From Macrostomum lignano (lineage: Eukaryota): 46,145 nucleotides of DNA. The position numbers and the translations under genes are program-made. Shown one piece after another: positions 25,269-38,539 of this stretch. Position 1 is the first letter of the stretch. Every line of letters starts with the position of its first letter. Location: assembly GCA_002269645.1 (NCBI GenBank), contig NIVC01001080.1, positions 1 through 46,145 on the forward strand. The letters are read 5' to 3'. The notes beneath the pieces were generated by a model. The model made no database searches and was not told where the DNA came from. It saw nothing but the letters and a program-made list of their open reading frames with translations.

Positions 25269-25803
25269 CAGCTGTTAGACAAGGATACATGCCTGTTAGA
25301 CATGGATACCTGGCTGTTAGACATGGATATCTGGCTGTTAGACAAAGATACCTGGCTGTTAGACATGAATAGCTGGCTGTTAGACATGGATACCTGCTGT
25401 TAGACATGAATACCTGGCTGTTAGACATGGATACCTGGCTGTTAGACATGAATACCTGGCTGTTAGGCATGGATACCTGGCTGTTAGACATGAATACCTG
25501 GCTGTTGGACATGAATACCTGGCTGTTAGGCATGGATACCTGGCCGTTGGACATGAATACCTGGCTGTTAGGCATGGATACCTGGCTGTTAGACATGGGT
25601 ACCTGGCTGTAAGACATGAATACCTGGCTGTTAGGCATGGATATCTGGCTGTAAGACATGAATACCTGGCTGTTAGGCATGGATATCTGGCTGTAAGACA
25701 TGGATACCTGGCTGTTAGGCATGGATATCTGGCTGTAAGACATGGATACCTGGCTGTTAGACATGAATACTTGCCTGTTAGACATGGATACCTGCCTGTT
25801 AGA
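25269..25803. repeat. 21-bp minisatellite (ACCTGGCTGTTAGACATGGAT), about 25 units
   Basis: Direct read; 7-aa periodic ORFs. Confidence 0.96.
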
Positions 25804-26470
25804 GATATTAGATAAAGCTACAAAGCTATAGTTAGATTAAAAATGCATTGGTTGTTAGCTAAAGACACACCTTAAACAAAAAATCATAAGAACTATCTAT
25901 ATACTCAAATACCTTTCCGCCCAAAGAGGCATGCTGGAATGGCGCAATAAAATATAATATAAAACATCATTTTACTGCGAAGACCATCAATTTCGTACCT
26001 TTTTCATTTGTTAAGGAATTTTCGGTTAACAATTCACAATTCAGCACATTAGGCGTCTCTAAGAATCGTGCATATATTTGAATAATTTAGCAAGCTAATT
26101 TAACTTAAGTTTCGCCTCTGATCCGCGTTCAGTGATAAATTTTCGAACTTGCTGAAATTTCTTTGCTGTGCCAGAAATTCTGTACAGAAATGCAGACCGT
26201 AGGGCCACTTTTGCTCTGGATTTCGGACACTCAACTCGGTTTTAAACAGCTTGGATACGGGCCATATCTGCGAATTAATAAATATATGAATGATGTCCCG
26301 CGGGGCTGGCAGTAAAAACCGGTCTTTGTGGTCGTGCGCCTTGATTGTCTGCCTCATTTTTTAAACAAAATACGCAACCTTTTCCAAGGAGTCCAGGAAC
26401 CGAAGTCTGGAGTGCCGAAGACATGGGATGGGGCGTTTTCACAAGTCTCAATCACCTAAACCCTCTTATA

Positions 26471-26862
26471 TAAGACCTAAACTTTAAAAGACCTAAAATT
26501 CATAAGAAGACTTAAATAAGACCTAAACTTTATAAGACCTAAACTTCATGAGACCTAAACTTCATGAGACCTAAACTTCATGAGACCTAAACTTCATGAG
26601 ATCTCAGCTTCATAAGGCCTAAACTTCATGAGATCTCAGCTTCATAAGGCCTAAACTTCATGAGATCTCAGCTTCATAAGGCCTAAACTTCATGAGATCT
26701 CAGCTTCATAAGGCCTAAACTTCATGAGATCTCAGCTTCATAAGGCCTAAACTTCATGAGATCTCAGCTTCATAAGGCCTAAACTTCATGAGATCTCAGC
26801 TTCATAAGGCCTAAACTTCATGAGATCTCAGCTTCATAAGGCCTAAACTTCATGAGATCTAG
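26471..26862. repeat. 16-bp monomer (GACCTAAACTTCATGA) changing into a 32-bp dimer (GATCTCAGCTTCATAAGGCCTAAACTTCATGA)
   Basis: Direct read. Confidence 0.94.
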
Positions 26863-27524
26863 ACTTTTAATTGAAGATTTGATATTTTGGCTTCAGTTTT
26901 CATAGTATATTAATACCCATAATATAAGAGCTTATAGCTGTTATTTGAAGGTCATGGTATGGCTATATTGGCCCACTGTTCTAGCTTGGTACGCTTTGCC
27001 CTAGGACCTAATATGTAATGGACCCTCAAAAATGGAGTTATGATAACTTCAGTAAAATATGAATAGGATAAACTCGCGTATCTTCCTTTGTGTGCATTGT
27101 GAGTCACCCCACCTATCCCCAGGGGAACCCTGGTTCAGTTTGCTCACTTACAATTTATAATATTATTTTTTGCCGTTCTAATTTTCATAGAATATTTTAA
27201 CTTCAATTTTTAATCTCTTTTTTTTAGCTAAACAAAATGTGTATTTGTTAGCGCCGATGCAGGAAATGGGGGCGGTCAAAATTGCTGCGGTTTTTAAGTA
27301 ACAGCCTGCAAAGTTTTTCTTTTTTGCTCTTTCTGTTTAATACTTTTGCGCAGAAATCGGGACTTCGGCTTATTCATTTTGGCCCGTTCGGCTGAGGTGG
27401 GGCTGTCCAGTCTCTGGGCCTGGGCAATGGCGGTCTAAGCAAGAGAAAACAAAGAGGAGAGGATGCAATTCTTGTTGCCATTGCTTTTAAATGTACTCGC
27501 TGGGCGCTGAAGTTTTACGGATTT

Positions 27525-27920
27525 GGAGTGCTGTAATTGGAGTGCTTTTTTAGGTGTGTTTTTAAAGAAGTGCTTTTAATGGGAGTGCCTTTATGGGAGT
27601 GATTTTATAGGAGTGCTTTTATGGGGTGCTTTTATGGAGTGCTTTTATGAGAGTGCTTTTATAGGAGTGTTTTTGGGAGTTCTGAAATAGGAGTTCTGTA
27701 ATGTGAATGCTATCATGGGAGTGCTGTAATAGGTGTGCTGTAATGGGTGTGCTGTAATGGGTGTGCTGTAATGGGTGTGCTGTAATGGGTGTGCTGTAAT
27801 GGGTGTGCTGTAATGGGTGTGCTGTAATGGGTGTGCTGTAATGGGTGTGCTGTAATGGGTGTGCTGTAATGGGTGTGCTGTAATGGGTGTGCTGTAATGG
27901 GTGTGCTGTAATGGGTGTGC
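27525..27920. repeat. 14-bp minisatellite (TAATGGGTGTGCTG): perfect from ~27735 to 27920, degenerate GGAGTGCTTTTA-type units upstream
   Basis: Direct read. Confidence 0.92.
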
Positions 27921-29214
27921 ATTTATGGGAGAGTTGTAATGGAAGTGCTATAATGTACTGAAATGAAATGCTATAAATGCACGCGGTTTTTTCTGGGTGG
28001 TGCTGCACATGGGGCATTGCAAATGCATAAAATGCGCTTTCAGAACGGGCGGTCCAAGTTGCAGTCTGGAAGAACTGAAGACTTCAAACCCCAACTCAAC
28101 TATCTGATATAGATCTTTCACAAAAATCATGCTTTTTTTCTTCGATTGAATTTATGGCTTTGATTTACACAGGATTGCTCTTATCATTAATTCCATATGG
28201 GTGTTCCCCTATGCCGCTTCATCCCCAGCATCCCCCCAGATGCACTTAGCAGTTCAGTCTGTTCACCTCGGTGTGGCAGCCAGATGATGCTCTGCTGCTG
28301 GGGGCTCGGGGCGCGACCCCCCATACTTGCTTGACTTCAGGTGCGGGATTTCAGATTGCGGCCGTTTGTTACAAAAAGGCCACTTCTGTTGTGCGACCAC
28401 CGCTGCTGCTGCAGCAAGAACCCGTACCCCCCAATCTACTGGAAAAAGAGACACATTCGAAATTCGAGAGCTACTTTTTTGAAAGGCGCGGACGGAAGCT
28501 TCATCAGTCAGAATCCTTTCTGCGCCATGGATTTCTAATAAGTTTAATGTCTGGATTGGAAAATTGAACAAAAAGCGCTTCTTTTTCGGCCCCTATCCGG
28601 ATCCTGTAAACCTTAGAGTCCCTGGTCCCAGAGCCGCTCCCATGGCCCTCCCTGTCCTCTCCGCTACAGGCTTTTAACTCGGATGTCGCGTGCCCCCCTG
28701 CGTCATCTCCCGCATTAGAAACTGGGTGTAAACACAGGGTTGGGTAAAGTCTGTACAGGTTACAGCATTCCCTGCTCCCTACCTGAAATCCCCTCCACCG
28801 CGCTTACCCCCCGCGGGGGTCCTCGCCACTTTGCCAATAGCGGACCTGTGGGGCTCCTGGGGGGGGGCTGTTGGTGGTTTAAACAAGTAGAAATTCGGAC
28901 CAGGAATTGCTTTCTGGCTTTGTAACGCCAGGGTCGCCCGGACACCGGCACGGCTGTGTTGGATATCCCGAAACCCAAACAGGCTGCGGTTTATTGCAAG
29001 CAGGTGAATAAATTTCCCCTTCACTTGGGGGGGGGGGTTGGATTAAATGGCCGCCGACAGTCCCTCGGGCCTCCGTGGTCTCTAGCCAAGTTATTTTTCG
29101 AGTTTTACTTCGACATAACCAAAAAGGATATCTCCAAGAATCAACTGCAGCCCGGGAGAAGACAAATTTCTAGCATTGGGGTGTCTTCGAGTTTTTCTGA
29201 TTCTATTAATAGAT

Positions 29215-29494
29215 GTCCTCGATCGAACAGCTTGGGAGTCCCTTGATCGAACAGCTTGGGAGTCCCTTGATCGAACAGCTTGGGAGTCCCTTGATCGAAC
29301 AGCTTGGGAGTCCCTTGATCGAACAGCCAGACAGTCCCTTGATCGAACAGCCAGGCAGTCCCTTGATCGAACAGCTTGGGAGTCCCTTGATCGAACAGCC
29401 AGACAATCCCTTGTTCGAACAGCCAGACAATCCCTTGATCCAACAGCCAGACAGTCCCTTGATCGAACAGCCAGACAGTCCCTTGATCGAACAG
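29215..29494. repeat. 24-bp minisatellite (TCCCTTGATCGAACAGCTTGGGAG / ...CCAGACAG), about 12 units
   Basis: Direct read; 8-aa periodic ORFs. Confidence 0.95.
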
Positions 29495-30367
29495 TCATAT
29501 AACCTGGAATAGCAAAGGCGATATTGGCTCACACTAACATGCGAGGAGGGCACAGCTTATAGAAATTTCAAGTATGGGCGGAGCCAAGCTGAGAGCATGG
29601 GGAAGGGAGAGACGCGGCCCTCGAATCCGCGCGGGTTTACTCACTGTGTCCGCGTGATCTAATAATAAGAGCCACTTAACGAGACGGCAGGTGTGGCTTT
29701 CGCTCTCCGTAGGCGAGTGACTCAATACCGTAGATATCAAGCAGGCGATAGAGAATGGAACTATAGCGGTCTCCTAGCGGCCACTCGCTCCGTTTCTCAA
29801 CAACAGTTTTAACCTCCGGACCCGGTTGACTGCAGCCAATTTTAGGCTTCATTGTTGAGAATTGAATAGCAACTCGCAGTTTTACCACAGCGCGGAGGTG
29901 GGAGAATGAGTTGGAAACACTGTTGCTTTGAAGAATGGGGTGAGTCCTGTCGAGGAAGCGTGTATGGGGAAATGAAGTTGAGGAGTTTTACAACCAAGCA
30001 GTTCTGGGAACCCCCCCCCCCCTAGAGACCAACCTCGCCGTGTGCCTTAAAACTGTGTGAAATTGTCAATCAAAGAGCCAGTCTTGATTGACAGCTGGGC
30101 AGGTAAGGGGGAGTTTGGCCCGCTGCATCTCCCTAGCCAGGTGAAGCGAAAGCAGACTCAGGAAATGAGTAGGAGGGAGGCAGCGCTCCTCAGCCAAAAA
30201 AAGAAATGTTTAAGTTTTGCAGAAATTTCCCAATACTTCGGCGTTGCATGGCTGAACTCTCAGCTGGTTTGCTAGCAAAATCACCCGGAGCAGTCAGGAA
30301 CGGTTGGCATATTTAAATTATTTTAAAATTTCCCAAAAGCAGCCTTGTTGATTAGCCTTCTACTGTG

Positions 30368-30983
30368 CCTGACCCCCTCTAAATCCCCTGACCCCTTCTA
30401 ATTACTCTGACCCCTTCCAGTTTCCCTGACCACTTCTTGTTCCCCTGACCCCTTCTAGTTTCCCTGACCCTTCCAGTTCCCCTGACCCCTTCTAGTTCCC
30501 CTGACCCCTTCTAGTTTCCCTGACCCCTTCTAGTTCCCCTGACCCCTTCTAGTTTCCCTGACCCCTTCTAGTTTCCCTGACCCTCCCAGTTCCCCTGACC
30601 CCTTCTAGTTCCCCTGACCCCTTCTAGTTTCCCTGACCCTTCCAGTTCCCCTGACCCCTTCTAGTTCCCCTGACCCCTTCTAGTTTCCCTGACCCCTTCT
30701 AGTTTCCCTGACCCTTCCAGTTCCCCTGACCCCTTCTAGTTTCCCTGACCCTTCCAGTTCCCCTGACCCCTTCTAGTTTCCCTGACCCTTCCAGTTCCCC
30801 TGACCCCTTCTAGTTCCCCTGACCCTTCCAGTTCCCCTGACCCCTTCTAGTTCCTCTGACCCCTTCTAGTTCCCCTGACCCCTTCCGGTTCCCCTGACCC
30901 CTTCTAGTTCCCTTGACCCCTTCTAGTTCCCTTGACCTCTTATAGTTCCCCTGACCCCTTCTAGTTCCCCTGACCCCTTCTAG
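30368..30983. repeat. ~20-bp pyrimidine-rich minisatellite (CCTGACCCCTTCTAGTTCCC), about 30 units
   Basis: Direct read. Confidence 0.96.
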
Positions 30984-31644
30984 CACCCGAGCTTAGTCAA
31001 CAATCTGACAACAATCTAACATCTAGCTTAGCAAAACAATTTAGTCAGGTTTTTTACCACAGCTACCAAATCCGCTGTCTCCAGTGTCTGATTCAATACA
31101 CTGTGCTAGCGCCAAGCCCACCAGTCGGTATAAGCCAGCGCTGTTAGTCAGACCGGCTGGCAGGCAGACAGGCAGACAAGACGTCGTCAGTTCCTGCCTA
31201 GACGGGTGGATTGGCGACGCTGTCTGCCCCCCCTCTCTTCTTCCCCGAGGCTTCGCCAGCCAGCCGCGGCTGCTGCAGCGACCGTCAGGCAGGCAGACAG
31301 AGGCGGAGTCTCCCAGTCCACAAGCAGAGCTCAGCCAGCTCTCATTGAATTCAAGAAGAAGCCAACTTCTTCTCCAGAAAGGCCCCCCTTGCGTGCACGC
31401 AAGCTAACCGGCCCACATGATAGCTAAAGGGGATTTAGCAGCACGATAATAATATAACAACACAGAGATTGGTTGGATAATGCCAGCCCTCTCTGACCTC
31501 CAGCGAACACGCGCTACCGCATTGGGATTAAAAGACCAATTATTAGATAACAATAGTAATATGAATAATAATAATGATGGGGAAGAAAAGTTGAGAATAA
31601 AATTCCTCGCAACGCTCAAAGCCAGAAGACGGGAGTTATAATAA

Positions 31645-32776
31645 ATGACAGAACAGACAACAGACAAGACAGTGAATGATTGAGTGACAATACAGTGAAT
31701 GAGAGATTGACGCGACAGTGAATGATAGAGTGACACGACAGTGAATGAGAGAGCCAGCCAGAGTGACAAGACAGTGTTTGAGAGAGTGAAACGCGAGTGA
31801 ATGAGAGAGCCAGCCAGAGTGACAAGACAGTGTTTGAGAGAGTGAAACGCGAGTGAATGAGAGAGCCAGCCAGAGTGACAAGACAGTGAATGAGGGAGTG
31901 AAAAGCGAGTGAATGAGAGAGCCAGCCAGAGTGACAAGACAGTGATTGAGAGAGTGAAAAGCGAGTGAATGAGAGAGCCAACCGGAGTGACAGGACAGTG
32001 AATGAGGGAGTGAAAAGCGAGTGAATGAGAGAGCCAGCCAGAGTGACAAGACAGTGTTTGAGAGAGTGAAAAGCAAGTGAATGAGAGAGCCAGCCAGAGT
32101 GACAAGACAGTGATTGAGAGAGCGAAAAGCGAGTGAATGAGAGAGCCAACCAGAGGGACAAGACAGTGAATGAGGGAGTGAAAAGCGAGTGAATGAGAGA
32201 GCCAGCCAGAGTGACAAGACAGTGAATGAGGGAATGAAAAGCGAGTGAATGAGAGAGCCAGCCAGAGTGACAAGACAGTGAATGAGGGAGTGAAAAGCGA
32301 GTGAAAGAGAGAGCCAGCCAGAGTGACAAGACAGTATTTGAGAGAGTGAAAAGCGAGTGAAAGAGAGAGCCAGCCAGAGTGACAAGACAGTGATTGAGAG
32401 AGCGAAAAGCGAGTGAATGAGAGAGCCAGCCAGAGTGACAAGACAGTGATTGAGAGAGTGAAAAGCGAGTGAATGAGAGAGCCAGCCAGAGTGACAAGAC
32501 AGTGAATGAGGGAATGAAAAGCGAGTGAATGAGAGAGCCAGCCAGAGTGACAAGACAGTGAATGAGGGAGTGAAAAGCGAGTGAAAGAGAGAGCCAGCCA
32601 GAGTGACAAGACAGTATTTGAGAGAGTGAAGAGCGAGTGAATGACAGAGCCAGCCAGAGTGACAAGACAGTGATTGAGAGAGCGAAAAGCGAGTGAATGA
32701 GAGAGCCAACCGGAGTGACAAGACAGTGAATGAGGGAGTGAAAAGCGAGTGAATGAGAGAGCCAGCCAGAGTGACA
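31645..32776. repeat. 56-bp purine-rich minisatellite (GAGAGCCAGCCAGAGTGACAAGACAGTGAATGAGGGAGTGAAAAGCGAGTGAATGA), about 19 units
   Basis: Direct read; the 56-aa periodicity of minus-strand ORFs equals 3 x 56 bp. Confidence 0.96.
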
Positions 32777-32928
32777 GAGCTGGTGATCCAGCAGGAATGC
32801 GGACGCAGCTAAAAGCCGGTCGCTAATGGGTCTGCAGACACAACCATAGACTTGACTGATCTGTGCCCAGCCACTCAATGCTTGGTATTATAGCCATCCA
32901 CTTTCAGCCACGGGCCGCGCTGTCCTCT

Positions 32929-33620
32929 CCCCGCCCCGCTCCCCAATTCTATCCGCTGTAAAAGCAAACCAATTGACCTGTTTGCCCGGCCCAATACAAA
33001 TGTATATACATACTTATCGGGAGAAAAAAACACAGAATCCCGGGTCAAAAGCGTTTCCAGCAGCTAATGGCTGGCAATTTGCCCATTGGCATCCCAGAAA
33101 TTCTCCTCTTTGACTTTAAAATCCCGGGATATCGAGGGTAAGAAGCGCCAATGTGACGGCGCTTGCAACTCGAGATTCGAGTTCTCCGACACATGTTGCA
33201 GTCAGTTCCCGGGCTCTGGGATTGGCGAAGTGGCTTAAAGCGTTTTTTAAATCACCCGAGCCTCAGCAGCCACGCCATTGGGTGCCGGACAGAGCCGGGC
33301 GATCCATTGGACACAAAACTTGCCATTAAACAGTTTTCTTCTCCAAGGCCGAAGCCAAGCCATGCTCGAGGATTTGTCTTTGCAGGCTTTTTTGTTCCCC
33401 TAGTAGAAAGCCAGTTTTCATTCCTGGACCGCCGCAGGAGTTGCTGCCCTGATTGGCAGCTGAAAATAAAAGCAAAACTGCATTTAATTTCAGTTTCTGT
33501 TACAACTACAACGAAGTCTGACGAAACTGTTCCATGGCTGCAACTCCAATCTGCCAGCTGTTTTGCTGCTGAGAACTGCTTCTAGAAGAGACTAGTCCGG
33601 AAACACTTCCTCTACGGCAG
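32929..33620 (+). promoter_or_regulatory. Candidate CCAAT-rich promoter and non-coding first exon, possibly of the ROR gene
   Basis: GC box CCCCGCCCC near 32930; 11 CCAAT/ATTGG motifs between 32943 and 33636; consensus donor CAG|GTAAGC at 33620/33621; possible acceptor TTGCAG| at 37093 just before the ROR ATG. Confidence 0.4.
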
Positions 33621-33649
33621 GTAAGCTCTTTCCAATGGCTCAAGTAAAT

Positions 33650-33823
<174 letters not shown>

Positions 33824-34216
33824 CGAGGTAAAATCCACCTGGGCGAACCAGCATCGGATTCTGTCCAAAAGCCCAACAACATTAATGATACTCGTCGCAG
33901 TGAACTGAAATTTTCTAACTTTCTGTGCCAGAAAAACTTTTATTCTCTTGTTTGTTTTCTCCTAAGTCGCGAAATCGGCAAGATTAGTCATCTCTGTTGC
34001 ATTTTTTACCGTCTTGTTTAAATGCGCATTTCCCGCGGCCTTTACAGCGGTCTCTTTAACACGATGAAAATATTCTGGCCAAGAAATTTAGCTCGTTAAT
34101 TTTTTAAGTTCGAAATTTTCCAATTGGACGCCGCAAGGTTGCTGATGAAGGTTACAATAGTTGGCTTATTCAGCATCCTCGGCCTCACCTTCAGTGGAAT
34201 TGTGAAGCTATGCAAA

Positions 34217-34538
<322 letters not shown>

Positions 34539-35006
34539 ACTCTGTTAGCTGCGCTAAAGCTCCCCCCCCCTAGAAGAGCCGGTTGCGCAATCAGCTTTGG
34601 CAGAAAAAAGCACATTAAGTGAGGAGCCATGTTTCTGTTTAAAAAAAGTCCTGTGGCCCAACGGCAGCAGCCATAGAAGATCTGAGGTCCCAACTCAAGT
34701 GGCTCGCTAGCCTCTCGGAGCTGCTGCATGCGATTCTGTATCAATTTTTCCCTTCCGCACTTCCATTTTGTCGCTCAATATTTCGCTGAAGTTGCCGAGA
34801 ATAAAAGCCGCACCAGCCGATCGATGCTGGTGCGAAAGAAATCGAAGCAAAAAAACGCGATTGCGTAATCATCGCCGGATGCCGGTGGGCCAGGGGTGGG
34901 GGAATGATGGCGGCTTAGGAATCCAGAGATGTGCCAGTGGATTTAAGCTCGAGCACTGAATACCGGTTTGAACGCTTCCGTCTGCCTGCCAGTCTTCTTA
35001 AGCCCA

Positions 35007-35310
35007 AGTGTCTGTCTTGGTGTCTGTCTTGGTGTCTGTCTTTATGTGTCTGTCTTTATGTGTCTGTCTTTATGTGTCTGTCTTTATGTGTCTGTCTTTA
35101 TGTGTCTGTCTTTATGTGTCTTGTTGTCGGTCTTGGTGTGTCTTGTTGTCTGTCTTGATGCGTCTTGGTGTTTGTCTTTGTGTCGGTTTTAGTGTGTCTG
35201 GTTGTCTGTCTTAGTGTGTCTTCTTGTCTGTCTAAGTGTATCTTGTTGTCTGTCTTAGTGTGTCTTGTTGTCTTGTGTCATTCTGTCAGTTTATCTTAGT
35301 GTCTGCCTGT
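35007..35310. repeat. TGTC-derived 14-bp repeat (TGTGTCTGTCTTTA) with degenerate continuation
   Basis: Direct read. Confidence 0.85.
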
Positions 35311-36055
35311 CTGGTGCTAATGCAGACAAATCTCATGCCTCATGTCTCATGTCGGGCTGACGCCAGACGATACCCCGCTGGCACCCTCGCAGCTCGCCTA
35401 GCCCCGCAGACGAGCAGTCTCAGCAGAGAGTCTGAGTAAAGTCGCAGCGGCTGCGTGACGGCTGTCAGTCAAACAGAAATTGCGCTCCTTCTCGCCCAGC
35501 CTCAGTTCCTCCGTTACGCTGCGGCGCATCCTGTCCGAAAAATTGAGAGAAAAATGATTTCATTTCCTCACTTTCTCCCAATCAGCTTTCAGTGACTCAG
35601 CGCTAAAGACACTCCTTGCCTCCCTTGCATGAGCTGGCGAGAGCTGCCCTCTCCACCCCCCCCCCCAGATCGTTTCCGCGCACCCAGAACAATGGCAGGG
35701 GAATCTCGTCCTCTGATTGACAGACAGATACGCCTCCTACTCCAGCGGGCACTGACTCACTTTGCTCCAACGATGTCTCCAAGAGCAGCCGCAGTCGCAG
35801 AGCATGGCCCTGTCAATTAACCCTCACGGTGGGCAGGTGTTGGGCTGTTGTTCACTGATTTAATTTGGTAGGTTGGGTTGGAGGGGGTTGTGGTCGTCTC
35901 CAAGTGTATGGTCCGTTGTTGTCCATTCACAAATTCGACAATTGCTATTGTGATTGGCACCCGTGATTGAGGCCATAAAACAGTAATGAAGCATAGTAAT
36001 ATTTTCCTCAAAGATTTGGCCGACTTTTATTCATATGTACGAGTACATACGGCAC

Positions 36056-36377
36056 CCTCTGGTTCAGATGTATCTGTGTCACCTCCTCAGGTACGGATGT
36101 ATCTGTGTCACCTCCTCAGGTGCGGATGTATCTGTGTCACCTCCTCAGGTGCGGATGTATCTGTGTCACCTCCTCAGGTACGGATGTATCTGTGTCACCT
36201 CCTCAGGTGCGGATGTATCTGTGTCACCTCCTCAGGTGCGGATGTATCTGTGTCACCTCCTCAGGTGCGGATGTATCTGTGTCACCTCCTCAGGTGCGGA
36301 TGTATCTGTGTCACCTCCTCAGGTGCGGATGTATCTGTGTCACCTCCTCAGGTACAAATGTACCTGTGTCACCTCCT
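36056..36377. repeat. 29-bp minisatellite (GGATGTATCTGTGTCACCTCCTCAGGTGC), about 11 units
   Basis: Direct read. Confidence 0.96.
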
Positions 36378-37100
36378 TAAGTGCAAGCTGAATGTCTCTT
36401 CATAGACTAATGTCTTTGTCATATCAGGTGCAATTTAAAAGTACACCTAATCTAAAAATCATATTTATTTTTATCATTTGATTTGTTTCCCAGCTTCATC
36501 GATTATACAGTAGGTGACAAATAAAAGCCAATTTTTATTGATTGAGCTAATAACAGACTGAACAAAGAGCAGCCAAAAAATGAAGCAGTTAATTTAAACA
36601 AAACTAGGCGTCCTCATTTGCTTGTTCTGCCTGGCAAACTTGCAGCAGGTCTTGAATGCGATAAAAATAAATTTATATTTGAGACGGGGAATTAATTGCA
36701 TTCTCGCTGAGAGAGAGAGAGATGGGGGGGGGGGAGGAACTGAGCGACAGCCGGCCATTGCCTGTCGTTCAACTAAAGAACAACACGACGTGCGTGACGC
36801 GGCGGTGTTTTTGCTCTGAATAAATTATCCGCCCAAAAACTAACCAATCAGTCAGGGAATTCCCTGAGAGGCAGAACTGCGGGTCAGGGCCGGTTTGGGA
36901 GGAAAACTCGTTGGAGGCCGATGAAGGTAGACAGAGTTTCCTCTTGATGGCGCCTCAGTTCTGAGTTTGTTACAGACAAATTACCAACCAAAAACTTGTC
37001 CCATTTTTCCCCAAGAGACTCGTCCAGTGTCTCCGCATGTCCAGCGTTTTGTGTTGCAAGGTCTCACACGGTGTGCTTGGCCTCCAATTGCAGGTAGAAA

Positions 37101-37213
37101 ATGGCTTGTCGCAGCCAATCGACTCTTATGCTTCTAGCAGCCTTCTCGCACCTGCTGCTGGCCAGAACGGCGGAAGCGGCTCAAAGTTCATCGAGCGCTG
37201 CTCTGCCTGAAAT
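37101..37213 (+). CDS. ROR: ROR receptor tyrosine kinase, coding exon 1 (signal peptide)
   Basis: MACRSQSTLMLLAAFSHLLLARTAEAAQSSSSAALPE; donor AT|GTGAGC, phase 2, joins C38037 to give ATC (Ile). Too short to appear in the ORF track. Confidence 0.75.
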
Positions 37214-37298
37214 GTGAGCGGCTTTGTTAATTTTATTATTTGCCTTTGGGGCACTGGTTGGTCAATTTTAGGACATTAAAAACTGGTTTTGACAATTT

Positions 37299-37610
37299 CA
37301 ATGATAATATAATAATTGATTGCACCTGCCCTAATGGGCAGATGGGCAACCGACAGCTCAGCCGCAGCTATTGCGCGGCGCATCTGAAGGCTGCGTACGG
37401 CTGTTCAGACCAAGGACTGGGGGGTCGCCACACACACCCTCAATTACCCCAGCTAATGCTGGCACCCATTTTACAGCTGGGTGAACTGAAGCAATGCAGA
37501 GTTAAGTGTCTTGCTTGCTCAAGGACACAAATTGTTCCGAGTGGGCCGGGAATCGAACCCCCGACCTTCAAGTCGTGATTCCAACGCTCTAACCACTAGG
37601 CTAAAACCCC
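37299..37610 (-). mobile_element. tRNA-derived SINE, family 1, copy B (ROR intron 1)
   Basis: Minus strand GGGGTTTTAGCCTAGTGGTTAGAGCG...GGTTCGATTCCC, same body as copy A, AT-rich tail. Confidence 0.92.
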
Positions 37611-38036
37611 CATATTCATGTTAAATTTCAGGTATGCTATTAAGGGCACCGTGCTAGGGGAAGGGCTAGGGGAATCATTTAGGGCAGTTGTGAAATTAAT
37701 TTTCCCAGTCCAGGCGGTTGCTAGGAGAGCGTCACGGAAAAGACAGGCGTTGGCTAAAGTAATAATTTATATAATAATAATAATAATTAAATAATTAAAT
37801 AATAATCTACTCATCTTTCTCCTATTTAAAGGACAGGGACAGGGAGAGAGGTTAAGGACAGTCAGACTGTTGCGAGCTTGTGGCAAAAGCACCTTCATTT
37901 TTCAGCGCTCTTATGGCACTAAAAATGCCACTCTGATACGTTAACCCCAGATAGCTTAGTCATTTTATAGGAATTAAGTACTACGGCATGCAAAAGCAAG
38001 TAACGACCTCCAAATATTACTTTGCGTCTTCTCTAG

Positions 38037-38267
38037 CCCGGACAGTGTCCGAAGAAAACCGGACGATTTGTCCGGCCTACGCCAGTCCATCACCCTGGCC
38101 AGGGAGATTCAAAACGAGACGAAATACCTGGGCGAGCAGGTGGTTATCTACTGCGACATTGTGGGTACACCGGTGCCAAACTACCAGTGGTACAAGGACG
38201 GCGCGCCATTGCCTGACGGAGGCGCTGATCGTCGGATCCGCGCCGAGGTCACTCTGTACGGGGCAGT
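38037..38267 (+). CDS. ROR: ROR exon 2 (Ig domain, first half)
   Basis: Acceptor CTTCTCTAG|; IQNETKYLGEQVVIYCDIVGTPVPNYQWYKDG (Ig Cys and Trp); donor GT|GTGAGT, phase 2. Confidence 0.9.
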
Positions 38268-38324
38268 GTGAGTTGCTTCTGCCCTGGCTTGGATTTAAAA
38301 TCAATCTTGGACTCTTCACTCTGA

Positions 38325-38450
38325 TACCTCCTCTCTCGGATCCTTCTCTCTGATGACCCACTCTCAGATCCTTCTCTCTGATGCCCTACACTCGGATCCT
38401 TCTCTCTGATCCCCACTCAGAGGATCCTCAGATGCTTGCCTGTAAGGAGC
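38325..38450. repeat. ~28-bp tandem repeat (CTCTCGGATCCTTCTCTCTGATG...), 3-4 degenerate units in ROR intron 2
   Basis: Direct read. Confidence 0.7.
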
Positions 38451-38539
38451 ATCCCGACTGTCAGTTCATAAGTGCATGCTCACTTCTTTTCTCAAAGCAC
38501 CTCGGTGACAGCTGTTCCGACATCGCTCCCAAATTGCAG

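Noticed and set aside
31404-32878. Three overlapping 360-420 aa hydrophobic ORFs on the minus strand
   Set aside because: All three frames of one 56-bp array; an artefact of a pyrimidine-rich strand with no stop codons.
34145-34201. Signal-peptide-like [19 protein letters not shown] as ROR exon 1
   Set aside because: No phase-2 GT donor to join exon 2; 37101-37213 fits both the signal peptide and the phase.
37540-37610. tRNA-like A and B boxes (also 2711-2762, 40880-40933, 44300-44372)
   Set aside because: No complete cloverleaf; each continues into the same SINE body, so they are SINE heads rather than tRNA genes.
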